This document shows positions 46,460 through 55,631 of a stretch of 64,000 nucleotides of DNA, piece after piece (the stretch's first letter is position 1; the number at the start of each line of letters is the position of its first letter). The position numbers were made by a program, and so were the translations under genes. Origin of the DNA: an uncultured Verrucomicrobiae bacterium (GTDB lineage: Bacteria > Verrucomicrobiota > Verrucomicrobiia > Chthoniobacterales > UBA10450); the NCBI GenBank assembly GCA_963761585.1, contig CAVXHW010000012.1, forward strand, positions 18,716 through 82,715, in the 5' to 3' direction. Below the pieces are notes generated by a model. It did no database searches. It was not told where the DNA came from and worked only from the letters and a program-made list of their open reading frames with translations.

Positions 46460-47620
46460 TCAAATCGCTTCCAGCGCGCTCTTTAAATCATCGATTAAAT
46501 CGCGGACGTCCTCGACGCCGACAGACAGCCGGACGAGCGAATTGGTGATGCCGAGTTTTTGCCGCTGTTCTTCCGGCACGGAGGCATGCGTCATGAGCGC
46601 AGGATGATTGATCAGACTTTCTACGCCACCCAAACTCTCGGCCAACGAGAACAAGTGAGTGTTCTCAAGAAAACGCCGCGTTCCGGCGAGGTCAGTTTTT
46701 AAAACGATTGTGACCATACCGCCGAATCCGCGCATCTGTTGCCGGGCCAAATCGTGTTGTGGATGCGATTTCAGTCCGGGATAATGAACCGATTTGATCT
46801 CGCGCTGTTCCTCGAGCCAGCGCGCAATCTCCAGCGCATTCGAGCAATGCCGCTCCAGGCGAAGCGCCAGCGTTTTCAAGCTGCGCAGAACAAGAAAGCT
46901 ATCGAACGCGCCGGCAATGGCGCCCACCGAATTTTGCAAAAACGCAATTTGATCAGCGAGCTCCTTATTTTTCCCAACAACGGCAACACCGCCCACCAGA
47001 TCGGAATGCCCGTTCAAATATTTCGTTGCGGAATGCACAACGATATCGAACCCCGATTCAATCGGGCGCTGGATCCATGGAGTAGCAAATGTGTTGTCGC
47101 TAACCGAAATCAATTTTCGTTTGCGCGCGATCTTCGCAATCGCGTCAAGATCGATCAGTTTGAGTAGCGGATTACTCGGGGTCTCAATCCAAACCATGCG
47201 CGTGTTTGGTTTGATTGCGCGTTCGAGATCTTTCGCATCCGTCAAATCGACATAGGTAAAATCAAGATTCGCGGAGCGCCTGCGCACCCGATCGAATAAC
47301 CTGAAAGTCCCGCCGTATAAGTCGTCGCTCGCGACAATATGGGAGCCGCTATCGAGCACTTCCAACACGGTCGCCATCGCCGACAGACCGGATGCAAAGG
47401 CGAACCCGCGCGATCCGCTTTCCAAATCGGCGATACATTTTTCGTACGCGAGACGGGTGGGATTGATTGAGCGCGCGTAATCGTAGCCCTTGTGTGTCCC
47501 GGGGCTTTCCTGCACATACGTCGACGTGGCGTAAATCGGGGTCATCACCGCGCCGGTCGTGGGATCCGGCTGCTGTCCGGCGTGAATGGCGCGCGTCGCG
47601 AAGCCCTGTTCCTTTTTCAT
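46460..47620 (-). CDS. Cys/Met-metabolism PLP enzyme (cystathionine gamma-lyase/gamma-synthase family)
   Basis: 'HSATKYLNGHSD' (PLP lysine motif) and full-length similarity to MetB/MetC/CGL-type enzymes. Substrate specificity cannot be resolved by eye. Confidence 0.85.
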   Translation of the reverse strand: MKKEQGFATRAIHAGQQPDPTTGAVMTPIYATSTYVQESPGTHKGYDYARSINPTRLAYEKCIADLESGSRGFAFASGLSAMATVLEVLDSGSHIVASDDLYGGTFRLFDRVRRRSANLDFTYVDLTDAKDLERAIKPNTRMVWIETPSNPLLKLIDLDAIAKIARKRKLISVSDNTFATPWIQRPIESGFDIVVHSATKYLNGHSDLVGGVAVVGKNKELADQIAFLQNSVGAIAGAFDSFLVLRSLKTLALRLERHCSNALEIARWLEEQREIKSVHYPGLKSHPQHDLARQQMRGFGGMVTIVLKTDLAGTRRFLENTHLFSLAESLGGVESLINHPALMTHASVPEEQRQKLGITNSLVRLSVGVEDVRDLIDDLKSALEAI

Positions 47621-47688
47621 GCAAGATGGTAGCGCATGCCTCTGGCTTGCGCTCCAGAATTAGTCGCAAGCGGGAGGCATGCGCCAGG

Positions 47689-49131
47689 TCAGACAAACTC
47701 GCGTTCGGACGGCGTGGACGATTTGGGCATGTTAAGCCGGAGATACGAAAGCCAATCAGTGCGTGTAATCAGCCCAAGAAATTTGTTGTCGTCCATCACG
47801 ATAGCGACTCGGCCGCGATCGAATACGCCAAGCAAGTCTGTGATCTTCGCGTCCGGCGGCAACGTTTCCAACTGGTCCGTCATCGCCTTGCTCACGGCGT
47901 CGTTGAAACGCGACGGCTCGCCGTGCACTTTTACCAGAAGATCGGATTCGTCGATGAGCCCGATCGCGCGGCCGCTCTTGTCGACCACGGGAAGCTGCGA
48001 CACATCTGAGTCACGCATCCGCTTGAACGCTGTGAGCAATGAGTCCTCTGGCCCTACCGTGATCACTTCGCCAGCTTCGTATCGATGCGAGATCAAATCG
48101 CTCAGATCGCCGTGGGGCTGCCGATGAATGAATCCCTGCTCGGCCATCCAAAAATTGTTATACATTTTGGAGAGATACTTGTTGCCGGTATCAGGAACGA
48201 GTGTGACGACGCGTTTCGGTCTTGTTTGCTGCCGGCAGTAACGCAGCGCGCCTGCGAGAAGCGTCCCAGTGGACGACCCGCCAAAGATTCCTTCCTTACG
48301 CAAAAGCTCGCGCGCTGCGGCAAAACTTTCTTCGTCATCGATCTCAAATGCTTCTGTGACTAACGACATGTCGGCGATTTCCGGGATGAAATCTTCACCG
48401 ATGCCTTCCACTGCCCAGCTGCCCGATTCAACGAGCTGACCAGTCTTGACATACTCGTACAAAATCGATCCGGTCGGGTCGGCCAGAACCATTTCGATGC
48501 CGCGCCGCGGTTTCACGCGATTAAAAAATCTGCCGAGCCCTGTCAGCGTTCCACCAGACCCGACGCCAACGACAACCGCATCAACGTCGTGCCGCATTTG
48601 CTCCCAAATCTCCGGACCGGTCGTGCGTTCGTGCGCGTGAGGGTTCGCCGGATTACCAAATTGGTTCACGTAAAAGCTTCCCGGAATTTGTTCGGCGAGC
48701 CGCGCCGCGACGTCCTGGTAATACTCGGGATGCCCGCGTGTCACATCAGACCGCGCGATCCGCACTTCGGCGCCGAGCGCTCTCACGTGCGATATCTTTT
48801 CTTGCGACATCTTGTCGGGAATTACCAGCAAGACGCGATAGCCCTTCGCGCCCGCGACCAACGCGAGACCCAGACCAGTATTGCCTGCTGTCGCCTCAAT
48901 GACCGTGCCGCCAGGCTCCAATTTTCCCTCGGCTTCCGCGGCTTCGATCATCGACAGCGCGATCCGGTCCTTGATCGAACCACCCGGATTTTGATTTTCG
49001 AGTTTGAGAAAGAGTCGGCACTGCCCGGTATCGAGCTGCGTTGCTTCCACTAGCGGCGTGTCGCCGATAAGCGAAAGAATCTCGGGCGGTTTGTTGTGTG
49101 CAATGGCGGGGGCTGCGGAACTCTGACTCAT
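47689..49131 (-). CDS. cystathionine beta-synthase-like (PLP fold type II plus C-terminal CBS pair)
   Basis: 'KLENQNPGGSIKDR' and 'ATAGNTG', plus a C-terminal Bateman-like region (VITVGPEDSLLTAFKRMRDSDVSQLPVVD...). Confidence 0.8.
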   Translation of the reverse strand: MSQSSAAPAIAHNKPPEILSLIGDTPLVEATQLDTGQCRLFLKLENQNPGGSIKDRIALSMIEAAEAEGKLEPGGTVIEATAGNTGLGLALVAGAKGYRVLLVIPDKMSQEKISHVRALGAEVRIARSDVTRGHPEYYQDVAARLAEQIPGSFYVNQFGNPANPHAHERTTGPEIWEQMRHDVDAVVVGVGSGGTLTGLGRFFNRVKPRRGIEMVLADPTGSILYEYVKTGQLVESGSWAVEGIGEDFIPEIADMSLVTEAFEIDDEESFAAARELLRKEGIFGGSSTGTLLAGALRYCRQQTRPKRVVTLVPDTGNKYLSKMYNNFWMAEQGFIHRQPHGDLSDLISHRYEAGEVITVGPEDSLLTAFKRMRDSDVSQLPVVDKSGRAIGLIDESDLLVKVHGEPSRFNDAVSKAMTDQLETLPPDAKITDLLGVFDRGRVAIVMDDNKFLGLITRTDWLSYLRLNMPKSSTPSEREFV

Positions 49132-49136
49132 AAAGC

Positions 49137-49647
49137 TTACTCGATCGATGGTTCGCCTTTATGCGACCATTCCGACTGGCTGTCTGTCAGAAATTGTTGG
49201 AGCACAGGAAAGCGAACCTCACCGTAATTCAATGCGTAGCGGAGATCGCCGCCTTTGTAAATCCAAGTCGTCGGAATCCAACTCAGCGGCAGACCAGCGA
49301 GCTGTTTGATCTTGTTTTCGCCACGACGCGGACCGGGATCAGCGAGAATTGTTACGTTCGGCTGCGCAGCGATCCCGAATTTGTTCAGCATCGCGCGCCC
49401 ATCCTGCCCATCATTCCAGATCGAGACGAAGTAAAACTTCACCTCTGGATTTTCATTGATCATTTTGGTCCACCCGCCGGTTTTGAGCTCGGCCTGGCAA
49501 TTGGAACACCACGGCGCCCAGAGGTGAACGACGGTGGTTTGTGGCGATTTGATTGCTGTGAGAAGAGCTTGTTCTGCCGGGGATTCAGCACGCAGTGAAG
49601 CGAGCTGAGAGGAGAACAATCAATACGAGTAATCGGACAATCGACAT
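49137..49647 (-). CDS. TlpA-like thioredoxin-fold protein; possible frameshift in the signal peptide (~49618-49625)
   Basis: 'WAPWCSNCQAE' CxxC motif. A signal-like MSIVRLLVLIVLLS is encoded from the ATG at 49647 in a different frame from the main ORF, which otherwise starts at a TTG (49619). Confidence 0.6.
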
Positions 49648-49671
49648 CTTCTGCTCTAGGATAGAGGCGAA

Positions 49672-49770
49672 ACATCCAACGCTCAACGTTGAACGCCTAA
49701 TGTTCAATGCAGTCATTCCGAGCGACGGCGGGATCGCTTCGACTCCGTTTCGGCTGGCGCTCAGAATGAC
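49672..49770. repeat. CAACGC-type segment (49672-49708) followed by a short family A palindrome (49712-49770)
   Basis: tccaacgctcaacgttgaacgcctaatgttcaatgc resembles 647-683. It is followed by GTCATTCCGAGCG ... cgctcagaatgac. Confidence 0.75.
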
Positions 49771-49920
49771 ACGCGCGGGTAGCGCCGCGCATGTCAGTTG
49801 ACCAGATGCACAAAAACGCCTAATATTCCGTCCCCATTCCGCTTCCGGCAGCAGTCGGATGCGCGGACATCGGCGATCGATTAGAGCGCCGCTGTACTGA
49901 AGAGGAGGCCTACTTACTTT

Positions 49921-51660
49921 ATGATTCAAATGCAGGACGTGATGTCGAAGCCGATGCCGGACTTCCGCGAAGGAAGCATCATCAAGGGACAAATTTTGGA
50001 AGTTCGTTCACGCGAAGTGCTCGTTGATGTCGGATACAAGTCCGAGGGTGTCATTCCATTGAACGAATTTGAGGATCCGGAGTCGCTGCAAGTTGGTGAC
50101 GAGGTGGACGTTCTTTTAGAGCGACTAGAGAACGAAGAAGGCATGGTAGTGCTCTCGAAGGAGAAAGCAGCTTACCGCCAAAATTGGAACAAGATCGTTC
50201 ACGTTTTCCAGGGTGACGGCCTGATCAAAGGCAAGGTCAGATCGGTGGTCAAAGGCGGACTGATGGTGAACATCGGCGTGGAAGCATTTTTGCCTGCGTC
50301 GCAAATCGACGTCGTTCCGCCAAAGGATTTACAGCAGTTCGTCGGCAACACCTACGACTTCAAAATCGTTAAGCTCAATGACGACCGAAAGAACGTTGTG
50401 CTCAGTCGACGCGAGGTGATCGAAAAGGAGCGCAGCGAAAAGCGCCAAAAATTCCTCGAAAACGTGAACCTCGGCGACCGCGTAATCGGCACCGTGAAAA
50501 ACATCACGGACTTCGGCGCGTTTATTGATCTCGACGGCATGGATGGTTTGCTGCACGTGACTGACATCACGTGGGGTCGACTGGGACATCCCGGCGAGCT
50601 GTTGAAAGTCGGGCAGCAGTTGGAAGTCGTTGTGCTCGACATCAACAAGGAAAAAGAGCGCGTCTCGCTCGGACTGAAGCAAACGCAGAAGAACCCGTGG
50701 GATCAGATCGAGGAGCGTTTCCCCGCCGGACAGCGCATTAAAGGCAAAATCACGAATCTTGTTCCCTACGGCGCCTTTGTTGAAATCGAAGAAGGCGTAG
50801 AAGGTCTGATTCACGTGTCAGAACTTTCGTGGACGAAACGCATCATGCGTCCTTCCGATATCCTCAGCGTTGGCCAGGAAGTCGAAGCTGTTGTTCTGGG
50901 TGTGAACAAAGAGGAACAAAAGATTTCGCTCGGCCTGCGCCAGCTCGAGACAAATCCGTGGGATGAGATCGAGAAGAAGTTCACCATCGGCAGGCAGGTC
51001 AAAGGCACGATTCGGAACATGACCGCTTACGGCGCGTTCGTGGAACTGGAGGAAGGCATCGACGGAATGATCCATGTCTCGGATTTAAGCTGGACCCGCA
51101 AAATCAATCACCCCAGTGAGATGTTTAAGAAAGGCGATGAAGTGGAAGCTGTCGTGATCGACATCGACAAAGTCAATCAACGCATCAGTCTTGGGATTAA
51201 ACAGCTGGCCGATGATCCATGGAAAATGATCGATGAGAAATACAAGATCGGAGACCTCGTCAACGGTAAAGTGACCAAGCTCGCCAGCTTTGGCGCCTTT
51301 GTGCAATTGCAGGACGACATTGATGGACTCGTTCACATTTCCCAATTAAGCGAGGATCACGTCGCCAAAGTTAAAGACGTCCTTAAAGTTGGGCAGGAAG
51401 TCGAAGCGCGCGTGATTAAGGTGGACAAAGTCGAGCGCCGAATCGGGCTCTCGATCAAGGCGGCGAATTATTCCGAAGAACAACTGCGCAAGGAAGTCGA
51501 GTCCTTTGATACGCTTCGCCCTGGCGAAGATATGGTTGGGTTGGAAAAAGCGTTCGCCGCAGCCGAACAGGAAGAATATCGCCCCGGAGAATCCAAGCGT
51601 GCCCCAAAGGAGTCGACCGACTCGAACGGCGAATCGAAGAACGAACCGGGCGATAAATAG
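49921..51660 (+). CDS. rpsA: 30S ribosomal protein S1
   Basis: Six S1-domain repeats (e.g. 'GTVKNITDFGAFIDLDGMDGLLHVTD' and 'GKITNLVPYGAFVEIEEGVEGLIHVSE'). A GAGGAGG Shine-Dalgarno sequence lies upstream. Confidence 0.95.
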   Translation: MIQMQDVMSKPMPDFREGSIIKGQILEVRSREVLVDVGYKSEGVIPLNEFEDPESLQVGDEVDVLLERLENEEGMVVLSKEKAAYRQNWNKIVHVFQGDGLIKGKVRSVVKGGLMVNIGVEAFLPASQIDVVPPKDLQQFVGNTYDFKIVKLNDDRKNVVLSRREVIEKERSEKRQKFLENVNLGDRVIGTVKNITDFGAFIDLDGMDGLLHVTDITWGRLGHPGELLKVGQQLEVVVLDINKEKERVSLGLKQTQKNPWDQIEERFPAGQRIKGKITNLVPYGAFVEIEEGVEGLIHVSELSWTKRIMRPSDILSVGQEVEAVVLGVNKEEQKISLGLRQLETNPWDEIEKKFTIGRQVKGTIRNMTAYGAFVELEEGIDGMIHVSDLSWTRKINHPSEMFKKGDEVEAVVIDIDKVNQRISLGIKQLADDPWKMIDEKYKIGDLVNGKVTKLASFGAFVQLQDDIDGLVHISQLSEDHVAKVKDVLKVGQEVEARVIKVDKVERRIGLSIKAANYSEEQLRKEVESFDTLRPGEDMVGLEKAFAAAEQEEYRPGESKRAPKESTDSNGESKNEPGDK

Positions 51661-51702
51661 TTCTGTCCTTTTCGTAGCTGTTCAGCGGTAGTCGGGCAAC
51701 AA

Positions 51703-53724
51703 ATGCGTGCCCTATGCGGCCTCGGAGTTTGGGCCGCTCCGTTTGTCTATTTAATCGCGTTGCTTGGGACCTGGTTGTTAGCAAACGAGAGCGCCCGGCC
51801 TTGGGCTTTTTTGCTACTCGTTGCCTCCGCTGTGCTGGCGGTGGTGCTGTGGGGCCGACAAAATTGGCCAGACGCGTTTCCATCCGATTCTACTGCTCCG
51901 ACGCACATAAACCGCAGCCGCTTGTTCTACTTGTTAGGTGTTGGCATGGCGATGCTGCTTGTGCTTGCAGCGGACCTTCGCTACGCGGCCGCACCAAATG
52001 AGACATTCGGGCTCGCAGGTATTTTATGGATCGCAGGCATAGCCTTGCTGCTTTGCTCTGTTTTCTTCGGCTCACATTCGTTATGGGGTGGTTCCAGTGC
52101 ACCATGCCTTCCGCGGTGGCCAACGTGGGAAATCGCGCTCCTGGCCCTGGTGTTCCTTTTGGCGTTGCTCAGTCGAGTTTGGAACCTGACGAATTTTCCA
52201 GCCAACATTTATCCGGACGAAATCATGACCGGCACCGTTGCCGCCCAGAGTTATATAAATCCAACAACTCCGCCGCCGTCGGTCTTCAGCACGTTGTGGA
52301 GCGGGATTGATCTGCCCGCTCTTTGGTTCTGGTTCGTGGCCGTATTTCTGAAACTGGGCGGGACCTCGCTTGCAATGTTAAGGTTGCCAGCCGCTTTGTT
52401 CGGGGCGGCTACGGTTGTTCCGCTTTACGCATTGTTGCGCGGAACATGGGGTAAATACGCGGCGATAGCTGGAAGCACCATCATGGCTTTCAGCGTTTCG
52501 AATGTTCATTACAGCCGCCTGGCGCTTAACAACATCGTGACGCAGTTCTTCTGGGCCACTTGTTTCTTTTTCTTGTTGCGCGCGTTGCGGTCACGTCGCC
52601 CATCTGATTGGGTTCTGGCAGGTTTGTCGGCTGGGTTAAGCGAGTACTTTTATTATGGAACACGGCTTCTGCCTTTCATCCTGGCAATGTTTATGGTGTT
52701 CCTCCTTGCTATCCATTGGAAACAAGCTCGCCAGTACGCGGGCGGTTTCCTCCTGCTGGCGGGAAGTTATCTCGTAGGATTTGGTCCGCTGTTAGTTCAC
52801 TTCATTCGGAATCCGAACCTCTACCTGGGACGAGGAGCAAGCCTCCTGATTTGGTCGCCGCATATTCCGATCAGTTTCGCCGATTTCCACCAGGCCTGGA
52901 AAACAATTTGGCCAGTGTTGTCCGAGAACTTGCTTGGAATCAGCACTCACAGTTCACAAGACATCATATTTTATGGGCCCCTGTTGTTTCCTGCCGAAAG
53001 CGCGCTCCTGGTCCTGGGCGTTGCGCTGCTTTTGTGGCACTGGCGTCATCCGGCCGCGTTTCTCATACTCGCCTCCGGGTTGGGCGTCTTGTTCGTGGGC
53101 GGAACGCTCGTGGCATATCCGAACAGCGTGCCACCTCTGATCAATCATTGGACTCCTGCCTTCCCGGCCTTCTATGTTGCGTTGGCACTGCCTGTAGGCG
53201 CGTGGGCAACGGCTGGTAAATCGGAATTAGAACCCCAGTTGCGCTGGATCTTGCCGGCAACGATCGGAATTGCGTTACTCGTGCTTGGCTGGTGCAATCT
53301 GAATTTTTATTTCCATCGTTATTACGCCGACCCTGAGAGCCTCAAGAGCAAAGCGTACAGGTCGGCCCAACGGAATTACGAAGTGCAAACCGCTCAGAGC
53401 CGCTACTCGGCATCACTCGGCCGCAACTATGAAGTTTTCACAGTAGGCCAGAGCCCGTGGCCGTATGATCCTGTAACTACGCGATACCTCGTGAGAGATC
53501 AGAAGTGGACGCTGCTGACCAATCCTGCGACGGAACTGGCGTCCATAACTCGGGACAACAAAGGAGTGGCATTTCTCTTTTTCGCAGGAAACGAGCAATA
53601 TGAACAGACGACACATGAGCTTTTTCCCGGCGGCAAGCACGGCGAAGTAACAAGCCGGCGCGGCAAGCACTTGTTCTACACATACGTGCTCCCGCCACCT
53701 GAAGCACAGGCGACCCAGAAATAA
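51703..53724 (+). CDS. GT39/ArnT-like membrane glycosyltransferase
   Basis: Polytopic protein. The first loop, 'WNLTNFPANIYPDEIMTG', has a DE motif, and the layout is typical of PMT_2/ArnT-type proteins. Confidence 0.55.
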   Translation: MRALCGLGVWAAPFVYLIALLGTWLLANESARPWAFLLLVASAVLAVVLWGRQNWPDAFPSDSTAPTHINRSRLFYLLGVGMAMLLVLAADLRYAAAPNETFGLAGILWIAGIALLLCSVFFGSHSLWGGSSAPCLPRWPTWEIALLALVFLLALLSRVWNLTNFPANIYPDEIMTGTVAAQSYINPTTPPPSVFSTLWSGIDLPALWFWFVAVFLKLGGTSLAMLRLPAALFGAATVVPLYALLRGTWGKYAAIAGSTIMAFSVSNVHYSRLALNNIVTQFFWATCFFFLLRALRSRRPSDWVLAGLSAGLSEYFYYGTRLLPFILAMFMVFLLAIHWKQARQYAGGFLLLAGSYLVGFGPLLVHFIRNPNLYLGRGASLLIWSPHIPISFADFHQAWKTIWPVLSENLLGISTHSSQDIIFYGPLLFPAESALLVLGVALLLWHWRHPAAFLILASGLGVLFVGGTLVAYPNSVPPLINHWTPAFPAFYVALALPVGAWATAGKSELEPQLRWILPATIGIALLVLGWCNLNFYFHRYYADPESLKSKAYRSAQRNYEVQTAQSRYSASLGRNYEVFTVGQSPWPYDPVTTRYLVRDQKWTLLTNPATELASITRDNKGVAFLFFAGNEQYEQTTHELFPGGKHGEVTSRRGKHLFYTYVLPPPEAQATQK

Positions 53725-53773
53725 CATTTCGCTTTGGCTCGACCTGACAATCGCGCGCGATATAACTGAGCTG

Positions 53774-54100
53774 ATGCGACTTGGTTTTCCGCGACGCGTG
53801 CGTTTGCTATTGGTGCCCGCTTCGGCAGTTCTGCTTTTTGTTATGGCCGGCTGCGGCAATTCCAGCATCGTCGGCAAATGGCGGATGTCGGGAACTGAAA
53901 ATCAAACAGTTTGGGAATTCTCGGGTAACGGCTCCGTGCTCGTCGGAGAAGTTCGCGGCAGATATAAATTCGGCGATCAGGACCGACTCAAAATCGAGAC
54001 ACCGTTCGCGACAACAGTTTACGTGGTGAATCTTTCGAACGACCAGCTCGTGCTCCAGGACCTGGGCGGTTCCAAGCTCGAGTTCACGAGGGTGCAATAA
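53774..54100 (+). CDS. small lipoprotein
   Basis: Lipobox 'LFVMAGC' after a basic N-terminus. Sheet-like body by eye, no family recognised. Confidence 0.5.
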   Translation: MRLGFPRRVRLLLVPASAVLLFVMAGCGNSSIVGKWRMSGTENQTVWEFSGNGSVLVGEVRGRYKFGDQDRLKIETPFATTVYVVNLSNDQLVLQDLGGSKLEFTRVQ

Positions 54101-54102
54101 TG

Positions 54103-54152
54103 GTAGGGTCGGTGCGCTGCGCCGACCGGACGCCGCAGCGCGGCGTCCCTAC
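54103..54152. repeat. double-hairpin palindromic element (GTAGGG ... CCCTAC), between convergent genes (possible bidirectional terminator)
   Basis: gtagggtcggtgcgctgcgccgaccggacgccgcagcgcggcgtccctac has the same architecture as 33181-33230 and visibly similar sequence. Confidence 0.8.
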
Positions 54153-55547
54153 CTAAAATTCGGCGCTGCCGGGAGTGCGCGCGAAGGGAATCACGTCGCG
54201 AATGTTCGAAATGCCTGTGATGAACATCAGCATGCGTTCGAAACCCAAGCCGAAGCCGGAGTGTGGCACAGTTCCATAGCGACGCAGATCGAGGTACCAT
54301 TTGTAATCGGCAGGATCCATGTTGTGACGCCGCATGTTGTCCTCCAGCAGTTCCAGTCGTTCTTCACGCTGGCTGCCGCCGACGATCTCGCCGATGCCTG
54401 GCACCAGCAAATCTATGGCTGCCACGGTTCTGCCATCATCGTTCGAACGCATGTAAAACGGTTTAATTTCCTTTGGGAAATTAAAAACCGTGACCGGACA
54501 TTTGAAATGTTTCTCGGTGAGCCAGCGCTCATGCTCCGATTGCAGGTTTGAGCCGTAATCGATCGGGAACTCGAATTTTTCGCCGCTCTTTTTCAAAAGC
54601 TCGACTGCCTCAGTGTAGGTGATCCGCTGAAACGGCCTTTCAATCACGAAATCGAGTCGGGCAAGCAACTCCTTGTCCACGAATTTCGCGAACAATTCCA
54701 ATTCTTCGGCGCACTGCTTTCTCGCGTCGGCGATCAAATACTTCACCAACTCTTCGGCGAGATCCATGTTGCCGGTCAGATCGCAAAACGCCATTTCCGG
54801 CTCGATCATCCAGAACTCGCTGGCATGCCGTGACGTGTTTGAATTCTCGGCGCGAAATGTCGGGCCGAAGGTGTAAACCTTGCTAAGCGCGCAGGCGAAC
54901 GCCTCCGCTTCCAGCTGTCCACTGACGGTGAGATAAGTTTGGCGTGCGAAAAAATCCTGCGCGTAATCGATGTCGCCGTTTTTCTGCGGCGGATTCTTGA
55001 TGTCGATGGTTGAAACCCGAAACAACTCGCCGGCGCCTTCGCAATCGCTTCCGGTGATGATGGGTGTGTGAACGTAAACGAAACCGCGATCCTGAAAAAA
55101 CTGGTGAACGGCGAACGCGAGCCGGCTACGCACACGGAACACGCAACCGAAAAGATTCGATCGTGGACGCAGATGCGCGATCTCGCGCAAAAATTCCGGC
55201 GTGTGCCCCTTTTTTTGGAGCGGATAACTTTCGTCGGCGCCCCCGACAATTTCGATATCTCGCGCGACGAGCTCCCATTTCTGTCCTTTGCCCTGCGACG
55301 GGACCAGCGCGCCCTCAACAACAATTGAAGCACCGGTGTTGAGCCGTTGGATGTCTGCGTAGTTCGGCAGCGCATCCTTCTTCGCGATGATCTGAAGATT
55401 GCGCAAAGATGAGCCGTCGTTCAGCTCGATAAACGAAAAGTCTTTCGAATCGCGCCGCGTGCGCACCCATCCCTGCACACGAATCGGCTCAATCGGCACA
55501 GCGCTCTGCAATGCATTCTTAATGGGAGTTGGAGAAAGTTGCGTCAT
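54153..55547 (-). CDS. asnS: asparagine--tRNA ligase
   Basis: '[24 protein letters not shown]' (OB fold) and class II motif 3 '[15 protein letters not shown]'. Confidence 0.9.
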   Translation of the reverse strand: MTQLSPTPIKNALQSAVPIEPIRVQGWVRTRRDSKDFSFIELNDGSSLRNLQIIAKKDALPNYADIQRLNTGASIVVEGALVPSQGKGQKWELVARDIEIVGGADESYPLQKKGHTPEFLREIAHLRPRSNLFGCVFRVRSRLAFAVHQFFQDRGFVYVHTPIITGSDCEGAGELFRVSTIDIKNPPQKNGDIDYAQDFFARQTYLTVSGQLEAEAFACALSKVYTFGPTFRAENSNTSRHASEFWMIEPEMAFCDLTGNMDLAEELVKYLIADARKQCAEELELFAKFVDKELLARLDFVIERPFQRITYTEAVELLKKSGEKFEFPIDYGSNLQSEHERWLTEKHFKCPVTVFNFPKEIKPFYMRSNDDGRTVAAIDLLVPGIGEIVGGSQREERLELLEDNMRRHNMDPADYKWYLDLRRYGTVPHSGFGLGFERMLMFITGISNIRDVIPFARTPGSAEF

Positions 55548-55556
55548 TTACATCGA

Positions 55557-55584
55557 GAGATTCCTCGACTTCGCTCGGAATGAC
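55557..55584. repeat. half-copy (right arm only) of the family A element
   Basis: gagattcctcgacttcgctcggaatgac matches the right arms at 43615-43642 and 45223-45250. Confidence 0.7.
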
Positions 55585-55631
55585 AAGTGAGCACACGTTG
55601 CGGAAGCAGGTGCGCGCGACAAGACCGAGGG

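Noticed and set aside
49585-49992. A 135-aa minus-strand ORF lies upstream of rpsA.
   Set aside because: It spans an intergenic repeat cluster and the rpsA leader and start. Only its last ~15 codons (MSIVRLLVLIVLLS) look meaningful, as the probable frameshifted signal peptide of the TlpA-like gene.
9626-55584. I considered whether the recurring ~30-nt GTCATTCTGAGCGAAG repeats could be a CRISPR array.
   Set aside because: The copies are dispersed over 46 kb, occur as inverted pairs rather than as regularly spaced direct repeats, and no cas genes are present.
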